A DNA stretch of 64,000 nt from Patescibacteria group bacterium (lineage in GTDB: Bacteria; Patescibacteriota; Minisyncoccia; Phycocordibacterales; Phycocordibacteraceae). Numbering within the stretch: position 1 is the first letter of the stretch; each line of letters opens with the position of its first letter. The stretch lies in assembly GCA_040388985.1 (NCBI GenBank), contig JAZKAU010000003.1, positions 110,896 to 174,895 on the forward strand, in the 5' to 3' direction. Shown here in pieces: positions 8,947 through 18,800 of the stretch. Below the pieces are notes generated by a model. That model saw nothing but the letters and a program-made list of their open reading frames with translations. It searched no databases and was not told where the DNA came from. A program made the position numbers and the translations under genes.

Positions 8947-9393
8947 CTAGAAATTACACAGATTCGAGGCGCCGGCACCCCACCAACCGGTATCAACGTT
9001 AACTCCGGTAAGACAGTTACTGCCTTTCTTTTCTGTATATACCCATAGTCCGTATGATTTCCCGGAAGAACCCCATACGTATCCGACATACGCTCCTTGC
9101 GGGTCCGGCGTGATTGCGGAGATATATGTTGGCGTAAGATAGGGAGCCAGACTGGTAAATGCAGTGCCGGCGTCCTGGCCGCCAGCTTGCGGATATGTGC
9201 TATTGGTATCGTAATACAGCTCAAGCGCAGTCTTGATCTGCCGTACAGTGGATATCCGTTGCGCGTCACGCGCTTTAGCGCGTGCGCTGTTGAGGCTTGA
9301 GAGCACTACGCTTGAAAGTATGCCGATGATGGCGATGACCACGAGAAGCTCGATGAGCGTAAATCCTTTCTTCTGAATCTGCGTTATTGTCAT
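8947..9393 (-). CDS. Type IV pilin / pseudopilin (prepilin-type N-terminal cleavage-methylation domain)
   Basis: QKKGFTLIELLVVIAIIGILSSVVL is the classic class III signal. Start chosen as ATG 9393 (MTITQIQKKGFTLIELL); the tracked ORF extends to 9510. Confidence 0.7.
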   Translation of the reverse strand: MTITQIQKKGFTLIELLVVIAIIGILSSVVLSSLNSARAKARDAQRISTVRQIKTALELYYDTNSTYPQAGGQDAGTAFTSLAPYLTPTYISAITPDPQGAYVGYVWGSSGKSYGLWVYTEKKGSNCLTGVNVDTGWWGAGASNLCNF

Positions 9394-9400
9394 ACGAGCA

Positions 9401-9673
9401 TCAGCGAGCATTTCCTTGTGGCGGAAGCAGTACATTCTGCCCTTCGACATACGGATTCTTAGGAGGAGCATCTTTCCCTCTGGTAAAGAACATCGCCCCG
9501 AGCCCGACAATACAGAGTATGAGGACTATTACTAGCGCCCGCTGCGCTCCTTCTTCATCCTTAGCGAGACCGAGAGCGATGACAAGATGCTTCATTCCTG
9601 AGACAGATTTCGCCGAAGATAGGGCGCGCGACTCAATATCTATATTCTCTGAATCAAACCGTACTTCTGTCAT
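9401..9673 (-). CDS. Small single-TM membrane protein (hypothetical)
   Basis: 90-aa ORF with one hydrophobic helix (LVIVLILCIVGLGAMFF), directly upstream of the pilin gene and co-oriented. No family recognised. Confidence 0.3.
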   Translation of the reverse strand: MTEVRFDSENIDIESRALSSAKSVSGMKHLVIALGLAKDEEGAQRALVIVLILCIVGLGAMFFTRGKDAPPKNPYVEGQNVLLPPQGNAR

Positions 9674-9693
9674 GTGGATATGCTAGCACGCGG

Positions 9694-10416
9694 CTACGCG
9701 TACATGCCATAGCGCACCGTGAGATCGGTGAATTCCTTGAAGGCCTCCGGCATGTTCGGCGCGCGCCAGAGCGCGGATCCCACGATAAGGCGCGAGACGC
9801 CCGCGGAGAGGAGGTCCGGCGCAGTTGAGAGCGAGACGCCGCCGTCTACCTGTATGGGCATATCCGGATACGTGCGCCTCCAGGCCGCGATCTTCGGAAG
9901 CACTCTACGGTCGAACGGTTCTCCCTGCTTCCCTATCGAAGAGATGCCCATAAATTGCACGTAATTGATATGGTCGAGATACGGCTCGATGAGGGAGATG
10001 TCGGTCCCGATATGGATAGCGAGTCCGAAGGACAACAGGCCCGCGAAATCCTTGTCGTGACCGTACGTAGTCTTAAAGTCGCGAATAAGTCTCGGAAGAT
10101 TGTGTGCAGTTTCCGCATGCACGGTTATGCGGCTCGCGCCTGCGCGTATCCAGCGCGCGATCTCGATTTCCGGACGTTCGACCATGAGATCCATCTCGAG
10201 GCATAGCCTGCCGAGATATGAGAAGGCGTCATCCTCAAGCTCCGGTTTCTCGTGCGCCGTTGCCGGATGTTCCGAGTAGGGCCATGACGCAGGTCGCACA
10301 TAGCGGCCGTCGACGATATCTATCTGCACATCAGTACAGAGTCCCTGCAACTGGAGCAGCTTCTCGTCGAGATCGGCGCGGGATGTCGGGAGTATGGCGG
10401 GGATGATGACGCTCAT
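9694..10416 (-). CDS. rpe: Ribulose-phosphate 3-epimerase
   Basis: From ATG 10416: MSVIIPAILPTSRADLDEKLLQL..., HLDIMDGxF-type TIM barrel, MGISSIGKQGEPFDRRVLPKI..QVDGGVS. The tracked ORF start at 10602 adds a non-protein-like extension. Confidence 0.8.
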   Translation of the reverse strand: MSVIIPAILPTSRADLDEKLLQLQGLCTDVQIDIVDGRYVRPASWPYSEHPATAHEKPELEDDAFSYLGRLCLEMDLMVERPEIEIARWIRAGASRITVHAETAHNLPRLIRDFKTTYGHDKDFAGLLSFGLAIHIGTDISLIEPYLDHINYVQFMGISSIGKQGEPFDRRVLPKIAAWRRTYPDMPIQVDGGVSLSTAPDLLSAGVSRLIVGSALWRAPNMPEAFKEFTDLTVRYGMYA

Positions 10417-10487
10417 GTCACAAAGTATAGCGCAGCGAAGGGACGCATCACGTTCCTGCGCTGTGCTATCGCGCGCGTATAGATAGT

Positions 10488-10970
10488 CTAAAATTTTCCG
10501 AGCCTGCGCGCGTGGCGCTCGTCTCCCGTGAACGGAGTCGTGAGGAAGGTACGCACGGCCTCGTCCGCCTGCGGCGGCGATACGAATCGCGAACCGATGC
10601 ACAGTATGTTCGCATCATTATGACGCCTGGCGAGTCGGACGATGTCATAACCATTCTCGGAGTGCCCGCCTTCGCGGTCGAGTGCCTCGATTGCCGAGAG
10701 CGGACCGTAGAAGACGGCAGCGCGGATTCCGGGAACGCGGTTCGCGCACATCGCCTCACCCTGTCCGCTGCCTGCGCATACGATGCCGAGCGAGCCGGCG
10801 TCCGCGAGTACCTTTTGAGTGAGTGGCTGCACGAAATCCGGATAGTCGTCATCCGGGTCAAGCGTGAACGCTCCGCAGTCTTCTATGTCGTTACCGAGAA
10901 GCGTCAATTGCTCGATAAGCGCATTCTTAAGTCCGAATCCGGCGTGATCGCAGGCAAGATATATCTTCAT
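10488..10970 (-). CDS. rpiB: Ribose-5-phosphate isomerase B (RpiB/LacAB family)
   Basis: MKIYLACDHAGFGLKNALIEQL...GIVCAGSGQGEAMCANRVPGIRAA is a strong RpiB match. 160 aa. Confidence 0.85.
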   Translation of the reverse strand: MKIYLACDHAGFGLKNALIEQLTLLGNDIEDCGAFTLDPDDDYPDFVQPLTQKVLADAGSLGIVCAGSGQGEAMCANRVPGIRAAVFYGPLSAIEALDREGGHSENGYDIVRLARRHNDANILCIGSRFVSPPQADEAVRTFLTTPFTGDERHARRLGKF

Positions 10971-11012
10971 ACTTATATATAGTACTAGCGAGCGTGAGAG
11001 GCGTATGAAGCG

Positions 11013-12026
11013 CTATGCGTTGCCGGCCTTTATCGCATGTTCGACGAGCGTATGGGTGTACCCTGCTTCGTTGTCATACCAGGCGAGGACCTTAACGAGA
11101 TTGCCATCGACCACGCGCGTCATGCCGAGGTCAGCGATGGAGGCGTATCGCTCGCCGATGATGTCGCTTGAGACCAGATCTTCGTCGGAGGCGCTGAATA
11201 TTCCCTTCCAGCGATCCTGTACCGCCGCGTCCCGCAAAATCTGATTCACTTCTTCAACGGTCGTCGGACGCTTTGCAACGAATGTAATGTCGGCAATGGA
11301 GCCTGCCGGCACCGGGACGCGCAGGCTGATGCCGTCGAACTTGCCGGCAAGCGACGTGTAAGCCTTCGTAACCGCGATCGCGGCACCCGTGGAGGTCGGA
11401 ACGATATTCTGGGCCGCTGCGCGACCCTCCTTCATATCTTTCTTCGACGGCCCATCGACGATGGACTGCGAGGCGGTATAGGCATGCGTGGTCGAAAGTA
11501 TGGCCTTCTCGATGCCTATCGTCTCGTCGAGTATGGCGATGACCGGACTTGCGGAGTTAGTGGTGCAGGACGCGTTGCTCGTTATCGGACATGTCGCGAA
11601 TTTCGATTCGTCGAGACCCATGAGGATGGTCGCACCGAGCGGACTCTCCTCCTTTACGGGCGCGGTAATGACGACACGGCGAGCGCCTGCCGTAATGTGC
11701 GCATTGGCTTTGTCGTAATCGGTGAAAAATCCGGTCGATTCGATGACCACATCCACCTGCAGATCCTTCCAGGGCAGGAGCGCCGGATCTTTCTCGGATA
11801 AGAACGCTACTTCTTTCCCATTCACGAGGAGCTTGCCGTCCTTAGCTTCCACCGGAAACGGCGCGCGCCTATATACGGTGTCGTATTTGAGAAGGTAGGC
11901 GAGATTCTCCAGAGAGCCGAGATCGTTTACGGCGACGAGCTCTATCTCGGGACGATTATACGTCTCTCGTACGAAGGCGCGGCCGATGCGGCCGAATCCG
12001 TTAATGGCGACGCGAATGGGTTTCAT
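11013..12026 (-). CDS. gap: Glyceraldehyde-3-phosphate dehydrogenase, type I
   Basis: INGFGRIGR Rossmann motif and catalytic SNASCTTN. 337 aa. Confidence 0.9.
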   Translation of the reverse strand: MKPIRVAINGFGRIGRAFVRETYNRPEIELVAVNDLGSLENLAYLLKYDTVYRRAPFPVEAKDGKLLVNGKEVAFLSEKDPALLPWKDLQVDVVIESTGFFTDYDKANAHITAGARRVVITAPVKEESPLGATILMGLDESKFATCPITSNASCTTNSASPVIAILDETIGIEKAILSTTHAYTASQSIVDGPSKKDMKEGRAAAQNIVPTSTGAAIAVTKAYTSLAGKFDGISLRVPVPAGSIADITFVAKRPTTVEEVNQILRDAAVQDRWKGIFSASDEDLVSSDIIGERYASIADLGMTRVVDGNLVKVLAWYDNEAGYTHTLVEHAIKAGNA

Positions 12027-12099
12027 ACAGGAAATCAGAAAATCTAGGAATTAATACCTTGAAATTCTACCACGCCCTATCTACCCATAAAGAAGCTCC

Positions 12100-12126
12100 A
12101 TATATGGACTTACGTTGTCCATATAT
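12100..12126. repeat. REP-like palindrome copy 1: ATATATGGAC-TTACGTT-GTCCATATAT
   Basis: 10-bp perfect arms, 17 bp upstream of the transposase GTG start. It is the reverse complement of copy 3. Confidence 0.75.
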
Positions 12127-12142
12127 AAGATATTAGAAATTA

Positions 12143-12844
12143 GTGAGATTTATTTTAAGGCAGGTTTGCTATATTCTTCACGTGACTCTTTTTCATGCAC
12201 TTAACCGCGGAGTTGATAAGCGAGAATTATTTCTCGACGAAGAGGATTATATACGTTTTATACATGACTTATATGTATTTAATGATGTCGAGGAGATATC
12301 ACCGAATCATCGTTTTCATACTTCATATATGGACAACGTAAGTCCATATATACGGAGTCCGCTTGTGACGATTCATGGATGGTGCTTGATGGATAATCAT
12401 TATCATTTGCTTCTATCGGAACTTGTAGAAGGAGGTCTACGCTTGTTCCTTCGACGGCTGAATGTCGGTTATGCAAAATATTTTAATGAGAAATATAAGC
12501 GTATAGGAGTGCTCTTCCAGGGAAGAACGAAGAAAATCCCGGTTAACGATGAGGCACACTTCCTGTATATCCTGCATTACATACATTTAAACCCATTAGA
12601 CTTATTGCCAGGAGCACGTGACTGGCGTACCAGGGACGGTGCGCAGATCCAAGATATGCAAGAAGCACTGGCATATCTTACGACCTACCGGTGGAGCAGT
12701 TATCTGGATTATGTAGGAACGAAGAATTTTCCTTCGCTTATTGATCCTTCGTTCTTTAATGATGCACTCGATGGCTACGCAGAATCACTCCAAGAATTTC
12801 TTTGGGATCGAGCAATCTCTCAACTTCCGTATGTGTTGGAGTAG
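12143..12844 (+). CDS. HUH Y1 transposase, IS200/IS605-family, REP-associated (RAYT-like)
   Basis: N-terminal HVTLFHALNRG, HUH motif DNHYHLLL, and C-terminal YRWSSYLDY, which resembles the RAYT WSS-Y catalytic region. GTG start (first in-frame start after a stop). The gene is AT-rich (about 40% GC) against a roughly 60% GC background. Confidence 0.65.
   Translation: MRFILRQVCYILHVTLFHALNRGVDKRELFLDEEDYIRFIHDLYVFNDVEEISPNHRFHTSYMDNVSPYIRSPLVTIHGWCLMDNHYHLLLSELVEGGLRLFLRRLNVGYAKYFNEKYKRIGVLFQGRTKKIPVNDEAHFLYILHYIHLNPLDLLPGARDWRTRDGAQIQDMQEALAYLTTYRWSSYLDYVGTKNFPSLIDPSFFNDALDGYAESLQEFLWDRAISQLPYVLE
12325..12351. repeat. REP-like palindrome copy 2 (ATATATGGAC-AACGTAA-GTCCATATAT) inside the transposase ORF, in frame (encodes ..SYMDNVSPYI..)
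   Basis: Read directly; identical to copy 3's core. Confidence 0.75.
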
Positions 12845-12856
12845 AGGTCTCAGGAG

Positions 12857-12879
12857 ATATGGACAACGTAAGTCCATAT
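12857..12879. repeat. REP-like palindrome copy 3: ATATGGAC-AACGTAA-GTCCATAT
   Basis: Starts 13 bp after the transposase stop and ends 9 bp before the giant gene's stop codon (12888); inverted relative to copy 1. Confidence 0.75.
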
Positions 12880-12887
12880 TTTAAGAT

Positions 12888-15800
12888 TTAGGATGCGGGG
12901 GAAGAGTCAGGAGTTGGTGCAGGGTCGGATGAGACTACGGGGGCAGGATCCGGTTCGGGCGCAGGAGGCGCATCGGATCCCCCGCCTACGGCAGGCGCGA
13001 GCACGCTCACGGTGCGCGTTGCTTCTGCAAAGCGGCCGCTGGCGTCAGTCGCGCGGTAGGTCAGCGTGTAATCCCCGGGGGTCTGCGCATTCACGCCGCC
13101 CGAGACCGCGATCGAGCTCGTGAGGTCGGTGCCGTCAGCGGCTGCCGCAGTCGCGCCCGGATCCGTCCAAGTCGCGCCTTGCGCGATCTGGATCGAAGAT
13201 CCTCCGGTAAGCTGTATGACCGGATCGGTACCATTCTGAGGTTGTGTCCCGGACGGAGGAGGAGTCTGCTGATCTCCCGAATTCGGCGGCGCGACCGACG
13301 GCTGCGAAGGCGGAACGTTTCCGACGCTCGCTATCTGACCCTCAGTCTGTACGAGGAAGTAATCGAAGGATACCGGGATATCCTGCGCCTTGGCGAGCGT
13401 TATCGTGAAGCTTCCCTGCTCCTTCTTCGAGATGTACCAGGAACCATCGATTGAGCTCGTGAAGGTGAGGAATATCTTGGAAGTCGGGAGAACGAGGCTG
13501 TTCTCGACCTTGAATTCGGTCTGGCCGTTCGGAATCACGACGGATCCGGCGCTTGCCGTGCCGTTGCTATCAGCACTCAGTACGAGCTGATGCGTGACGA
13601 TGGTCGTGAACTGCGCGATACCGTCATGCACGATGATACCGAGCTCCTCGAGCAGCTTCTCGAGTCCGGAAGCCGCGATGCTGAGCGGGCCGGTGGCGCT
13701 CGTACTCGTAGCGTTCTTAGCTGTCTCGAGAAGGGCGAGGCGCGACTCAAGGTCGTCGATACGCAGTGCGAAGGTGTCGAAGCGTGCGCTCAGCGCCTGT
13801 ACGCCAGCGACGCCGTAGCTTGCGAGCTTGTAGAGATCCACGTTCGTAGCGCTATCGGTAAGGACTTCGTCGGGCAGCGTCACGCTGATAGTCGTCGAGC
13901 CGTACGCGAACGTCGTGGCGTTCGCCGGCACGATGTAGCGGGCAGCCGATACGGTGCCGTCGGCGTTCACGCTCTGCGCGTGCAAGGTGCCTGCAGATAC
14001 GCCTTGCGCAATCTCCATGCTCGCAGCCGTCACGCTCGTAGCCACGAGCTCATGCGGGAGCTGCGCCGCCGCCTGCTCGGCGGTCGCCTTGCTCTCGACG
14101 CTATCCAGGCGGACCGCGAGGCTTGTGAAGGAACTCGCGAAGGAGTCAGTCCTGCCAGCGAGCTCCTTGATGGCGTTCACGCTCGCGGCGATGATAGGAC
14201 GGTCGGCAAGCGTGAGGAACCCCCGGCTGTCAGTTGCCACGGCTTCAGGAATGGCCGATTGCACGTTCTGGGCGCTGAAACCGGCATACTGGCCGTTCTG
14301 GTCGAGTCCGGACGTCGCATTCCAGTGGTAGAGGATAGGTGAAAGCTTCTCTATATCCGCGAGCCCGCGCGTAAAGCTACCACTGATGTTCTTCAGCCGC
14401 TCGTCGGAGGAAGCCGTTACATTTCCTAAGTTGTCGGTCGTGAGATTCGCGCCCGCGCTCGCAAGGCCGGCGAAGCGGACCGAGCCGGTGGTCGTGAGCT
14501 GTGCGGTAGGCGTACTGGTACCGATACCGAGATTACCGGCACCGGTGAGCGTAAGGAGGTTCGCGCCGGATGAGGACGCTACGGTGAAGGGATTCGTACC
14601 CGCCGTCCCGAGCACGGTGAGGGATCCTCCTGAGGATATGCCGCCCGTACCTACCAGCAGTCCGTTGCGTATATAGAGGTCACCGCCGATGTCCCCGTTC
14701 TCGAGCACGCTCAGGGTCTGCGTATTGGCGGCACCGAAGCTCGCCGAGGGCGCTTCCATGCCATCTATATCAAGGACCGTGAACTTCGAGCCAGCGTTCA
14801 CGTACGCATACTTTCCGGAGATGAATATGCCGCGCGGATTATTCAGGTTAGTCGAATCCTGCAGCGACGTGACGACCGTAGGCGCAGCGGGATTCGAGAT
14901 GTCGACGATCGTAAAGCGGTTAGTACCGTTCGCCGAGACGTACGCATAGCGGCCTGCGACATACATGTTCTTCGGCGCGTTCAGGTTCGTGTTATCCACG
15001 ATTCCGGCCACGAGAGTCGGGGCCGACGGCGTCGAGACATCGACGACGGCGAACGAGTTCGTATTCTGACCGAGCACGTATGCGTAGCGGCCGGACACGT
15101 AGACGTCCTTTGCGTTGAGCAGATACGTAGCATTGTTGAGGGATCCGACGACGACGGGAGCGGCTGGGTTCGAGACGTCGACGACCGTGAGTCTGGAGCC
15201 GGTCGCTCCCGCCGTGGTCACATACGCGTACTTTCCCGAGACATACACAGAGTCCGGGGTCAGGAGGTTGGTAGCATCTACTATCGAGCCTGCAATAACC
15301 GGCGTAGTCGGATTCGAGATGTCGACGACGACGAGCGCGTTCGCGCCGTTCGCGGCGACATACGCGTAGCGGCCGGAGATATACAGGCCGCGCGCAGAGT
15401 TAAGGAGCGAGTTAGTTACGGAGCCGACCACGGCAGGAGCGGCAGGATTCGAGACGTCGACGACCGTGAACCTATTCCCGCCGGTAGCGGTCACATATGC
15501 ATACTGGCCCGCAACGCGGACGGTGAATGCACCGTTCAAGTTGGTGGAGTCGACGACCGAGCCTACCACAACGGGGGCAGACGGGACTGCGATATCGATG
15601 ACGGACAGCTTGAAACCGCCAGCCGCGTCGACCGAGTACGCGTAGCGGCCGGAGATAGCCACGCCGATGCCGTTCGTACCGCTCGCTATGCTCACCGTGC
15701 CTTTCACGGTAGGGACTGTCGAGACGGTCTGGAGATAGCTGCCTCCAGTGAGCGCGAGGCGGGTTGAGGGGGTCGAGGTACCGATTCCGACGTTCCCGGA

Positions 15801-18800
15801 ATCGAGGACAGTCAGGAGCGGCGTATTGGATGAGTTCGTAAGCTGGAAGTTCGCAGCAGTGGTCGTTCCCACGCCCTTGACCGAGAGCCGGGCGAACGGA
15901 GAGGTCGTTCCCACGCCGAAGTTACCGGTGGTATCGAGGAAGATAGAGGAAGTCGCCGTGAACGTATTGGTAGCGCTGAAGTAGCCGAGCTGGCCGGTGG
16001 TACCGGTCAGGAGAGCCTGCTTATTGTTGAACGTGATCCAGTCAGCTGCCGTAAGGAAGCCCTTGGTGGTCGAGGCGGCGGCCTGGCCGTTGGCGTAGTC
16101 GAGCGATATGAGACCTGAACCGTTGTCGTTGAAGTCGGCGGCTAGGAAGGTTGCCGCTCCCTTGGTGGCGCCGTCTGCCACCGCGTTGTTGATACCGAGC
16201 GCGCCTCCGGTGAAGGTGAGCGGGCTCGATACCGTCGCGTTGCTGAAGCCGCCCGAACCGTTTCCGTAGAGGAGTGAGGAGCCGGTGGTGGCGGGGGCCA
16301 AGCCCAGGGAAGTGGTGGAGACCGAAAGCGCGCCTCCGACATTCGAAAGTCCGCTGCCAAGCAAGCTGGTGAAGGTGGAGCCTCCCAGGGTGAAGTTGGT
16401 CGTAGCTTCGTTGGTAGTCGTAGCGCTTGAGGCAGTGAGCGTGCCGAGCGTGGTGGCTCCTGAAACGGTGAGATTAGTCGTCGACGCATTCCCCAGACTG
16501 GTCTGGCCCGACACCGTAAGACTCGTGAGCGTACCCACGCTCGTGAGACTTGAGTTGACGACATTCGCGGCGAGCGTCGTACCCGTGAGCGTTCCTGCCG
16601 GAGCCACCACCGCGTTCGTGGAGACTGCGGTGATGAGGCCCTTGGCGTTGACCGTGAAGCTCGGGATGGCGGTGGATGAGCCGAAGGAGCCTGGGGTTGC
16701 GTTGACAGTGGCGAGGGTGAAAGTTGCGGAGCCCGGGCCTGTGGCGGTGCCGTCACCCGTGAGTGCGGTGATGTAGTTGCCGGATGCTTGGAAGCCGAGG
16801 GTTGAAGTGGCGACCCATTGAGGCGGAGCTCCTGCACCGAAGGACTGCAAGACCTGGCCTGAGGTGCCGGCTTGGCTGTTGAAGAGTGCGGCACCTGCCT
16901 GCGTGATCTCGAACATGCTGGCATTGGTGGATGAGGATACGCGGAACGGATTGGTTCCCCCGAGGCCCGTGACCTGCAGAGTGGTTGCAGGGGTAGTGGT
17001 GCCGATGCCGACAGAGCCCGCAAAGTAGTTGATGTCTGAGGTGCCCGCCGCATACACGCCATATCCGTTGGTCACGCCAGTGATCTTCTGCGCCTGCGCA
17101 TACAGGCCGTATGCATTCGTCACAGTTCCTGACGTTATCGTAGGAGTACGTCCGACCACTCCATATCCGTTGGTTATCGTTCCACCTCCGAGGATACGCA
17201 CACTAGCGATCGCTCCGTATGCGTTTGTCACGGTACCCGCGTTACTGACTTGTGAGTTTCCATCAAATCCGGTGGCGCCTCCGATCCCCGTATTCGTGAC
17301 CTCGAACGCAGCACCGTAGGTCATGCTCGAAGTGTTGAAGACGGTAGAGTTCGATGAAGAAAGTAATGCAACGGAAGTGCTGTTACTGCCGTTACCAATA
17401 ACGAGGTTTCCGCCGAGCTTAACATTGCCCGCCGCGACATGAAGAGCCCACGCGTTCGTAATCGTTGTATTGGTGCTCGCAAGCGGTGCGTTCGCTATAT
17501 AGAGAGTAGAGGCATCCGTAAGAGTAACCGGGCTCGACGCGACGAGCGTCGGCCTTCCGAAGGAGCTCGCGGCGCGCGTCGCGATAGTGCCAGAACCTGA
17601 GGTGTCTGTGAGCGTACTCGCATCTACCGCGAGGTTGAGGCCGGTTGTCGTCCATGAGGCTGCAGATTTCGCGCCACCGATATTCAAAAGTGCGGCAGGT
17701 GCGATAACTCCGATTCCGACATTCCCCGTACTAGTGACCGTAAGCAGTCTCGCCTCCGTAGAAGAGGCAATGGCGAATATATCTCCCGTGCCTGCGGTTC
17801 CGGTAACGGCAAGTCTTGCCGACGGCGTACTCGTCCCCACTCCCACATTCCCTCCGCTCGTGATGGAGAGTCGCGTGGTATTGCCCGTGATGAGATTCAG
17901 CTGGTTGCTGTCGATGGTGCCGAGCGTCGCTGTCGCTCCGAATGAGTTGCCTCCTTGTTTGAAGTAGGTGGTGTCGAGTGCAAGAGATGATGTTGAAACA
18001 GTGAGAACTCCTGCAGTATTGGTAAGACCGGTACCAAGAAGTGATGTGAAGGTCGAACCACCGAGCGTGAAGTTGGTCGTAGCTTCGTTGGTAGTCGTAG
18101 CGCTTGAGGCAGTGAGCGTGCCGAGCGTGGTGGCTCCTGAAACGGTGAGATTAGTCGTCGACGCATTCCCCAATGTGGTCTGGCCAGAGACCGTGAGCGC
18201 CGTGAGGGTACCGACGCTTGTGAGGCTCGAGTTCACGACGTTCGAAGCGAGCGTGGTCCCGGTCAGCGTCCCTGCTGGAGCCACCACCGTACTGGTGGAG
18301 ACCGCGGTGATGAGGCCTTTGGCGTTGACCGTGAAGACTGGGATGGCAGTTGAGGAGCCGAAGGAGCCTGGGGTTGCGTTGACAGTGGCCAAGGTCGCAG
18401 CAGCTGAGCCGGGGCCGGTCGCGGTGACGTCACCGGTGAGTGCGGTGATGTAGTTGCCGGATGCTTGGAAGCCGAGGGTTGAGGTGGCGACCCACTGGAT
18501 ACCGGTGCCGGTGGTCTGGAGGACTTGGCCGTTTGTTCCAGCTGAGGTGTTGCCCGCGTACAGAGCTCCAGTGAGGCCGATGTCGCCTGCCACCGTGAGC
18601 GTGCGTCCAGGGGTGGTGGTGGCGATGCCGACGTTGCCAGCTGCAGTAAGTACCATTGCAGCATTTGATGTGGCACCAATAAAGAGATTGCTTGAGTAAC
18701 GAATACCAAGGTCGGTAGCCGCAGAGCCTGTGAAGTACGCAGATGCGCGACCGAAGTTCTGAACTGAAGCGCCAAGTGCGGAAAGTGAAATAGTTGGGAG

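Larger units (their letters stand above)
12100..12879 (+). mobile_element. REP-flanked RAYT/IS200-like unit (transposase plus inverted terminal palindromes)
   Basis: A Y1 HUH transposase ORF is bracketed by inverted copies of the same palindrome. The AT-rich composition is foreign to its surroundings. A fourth copy of the palindrome occurs alone at 39324..39358. Confidence 0.5.
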
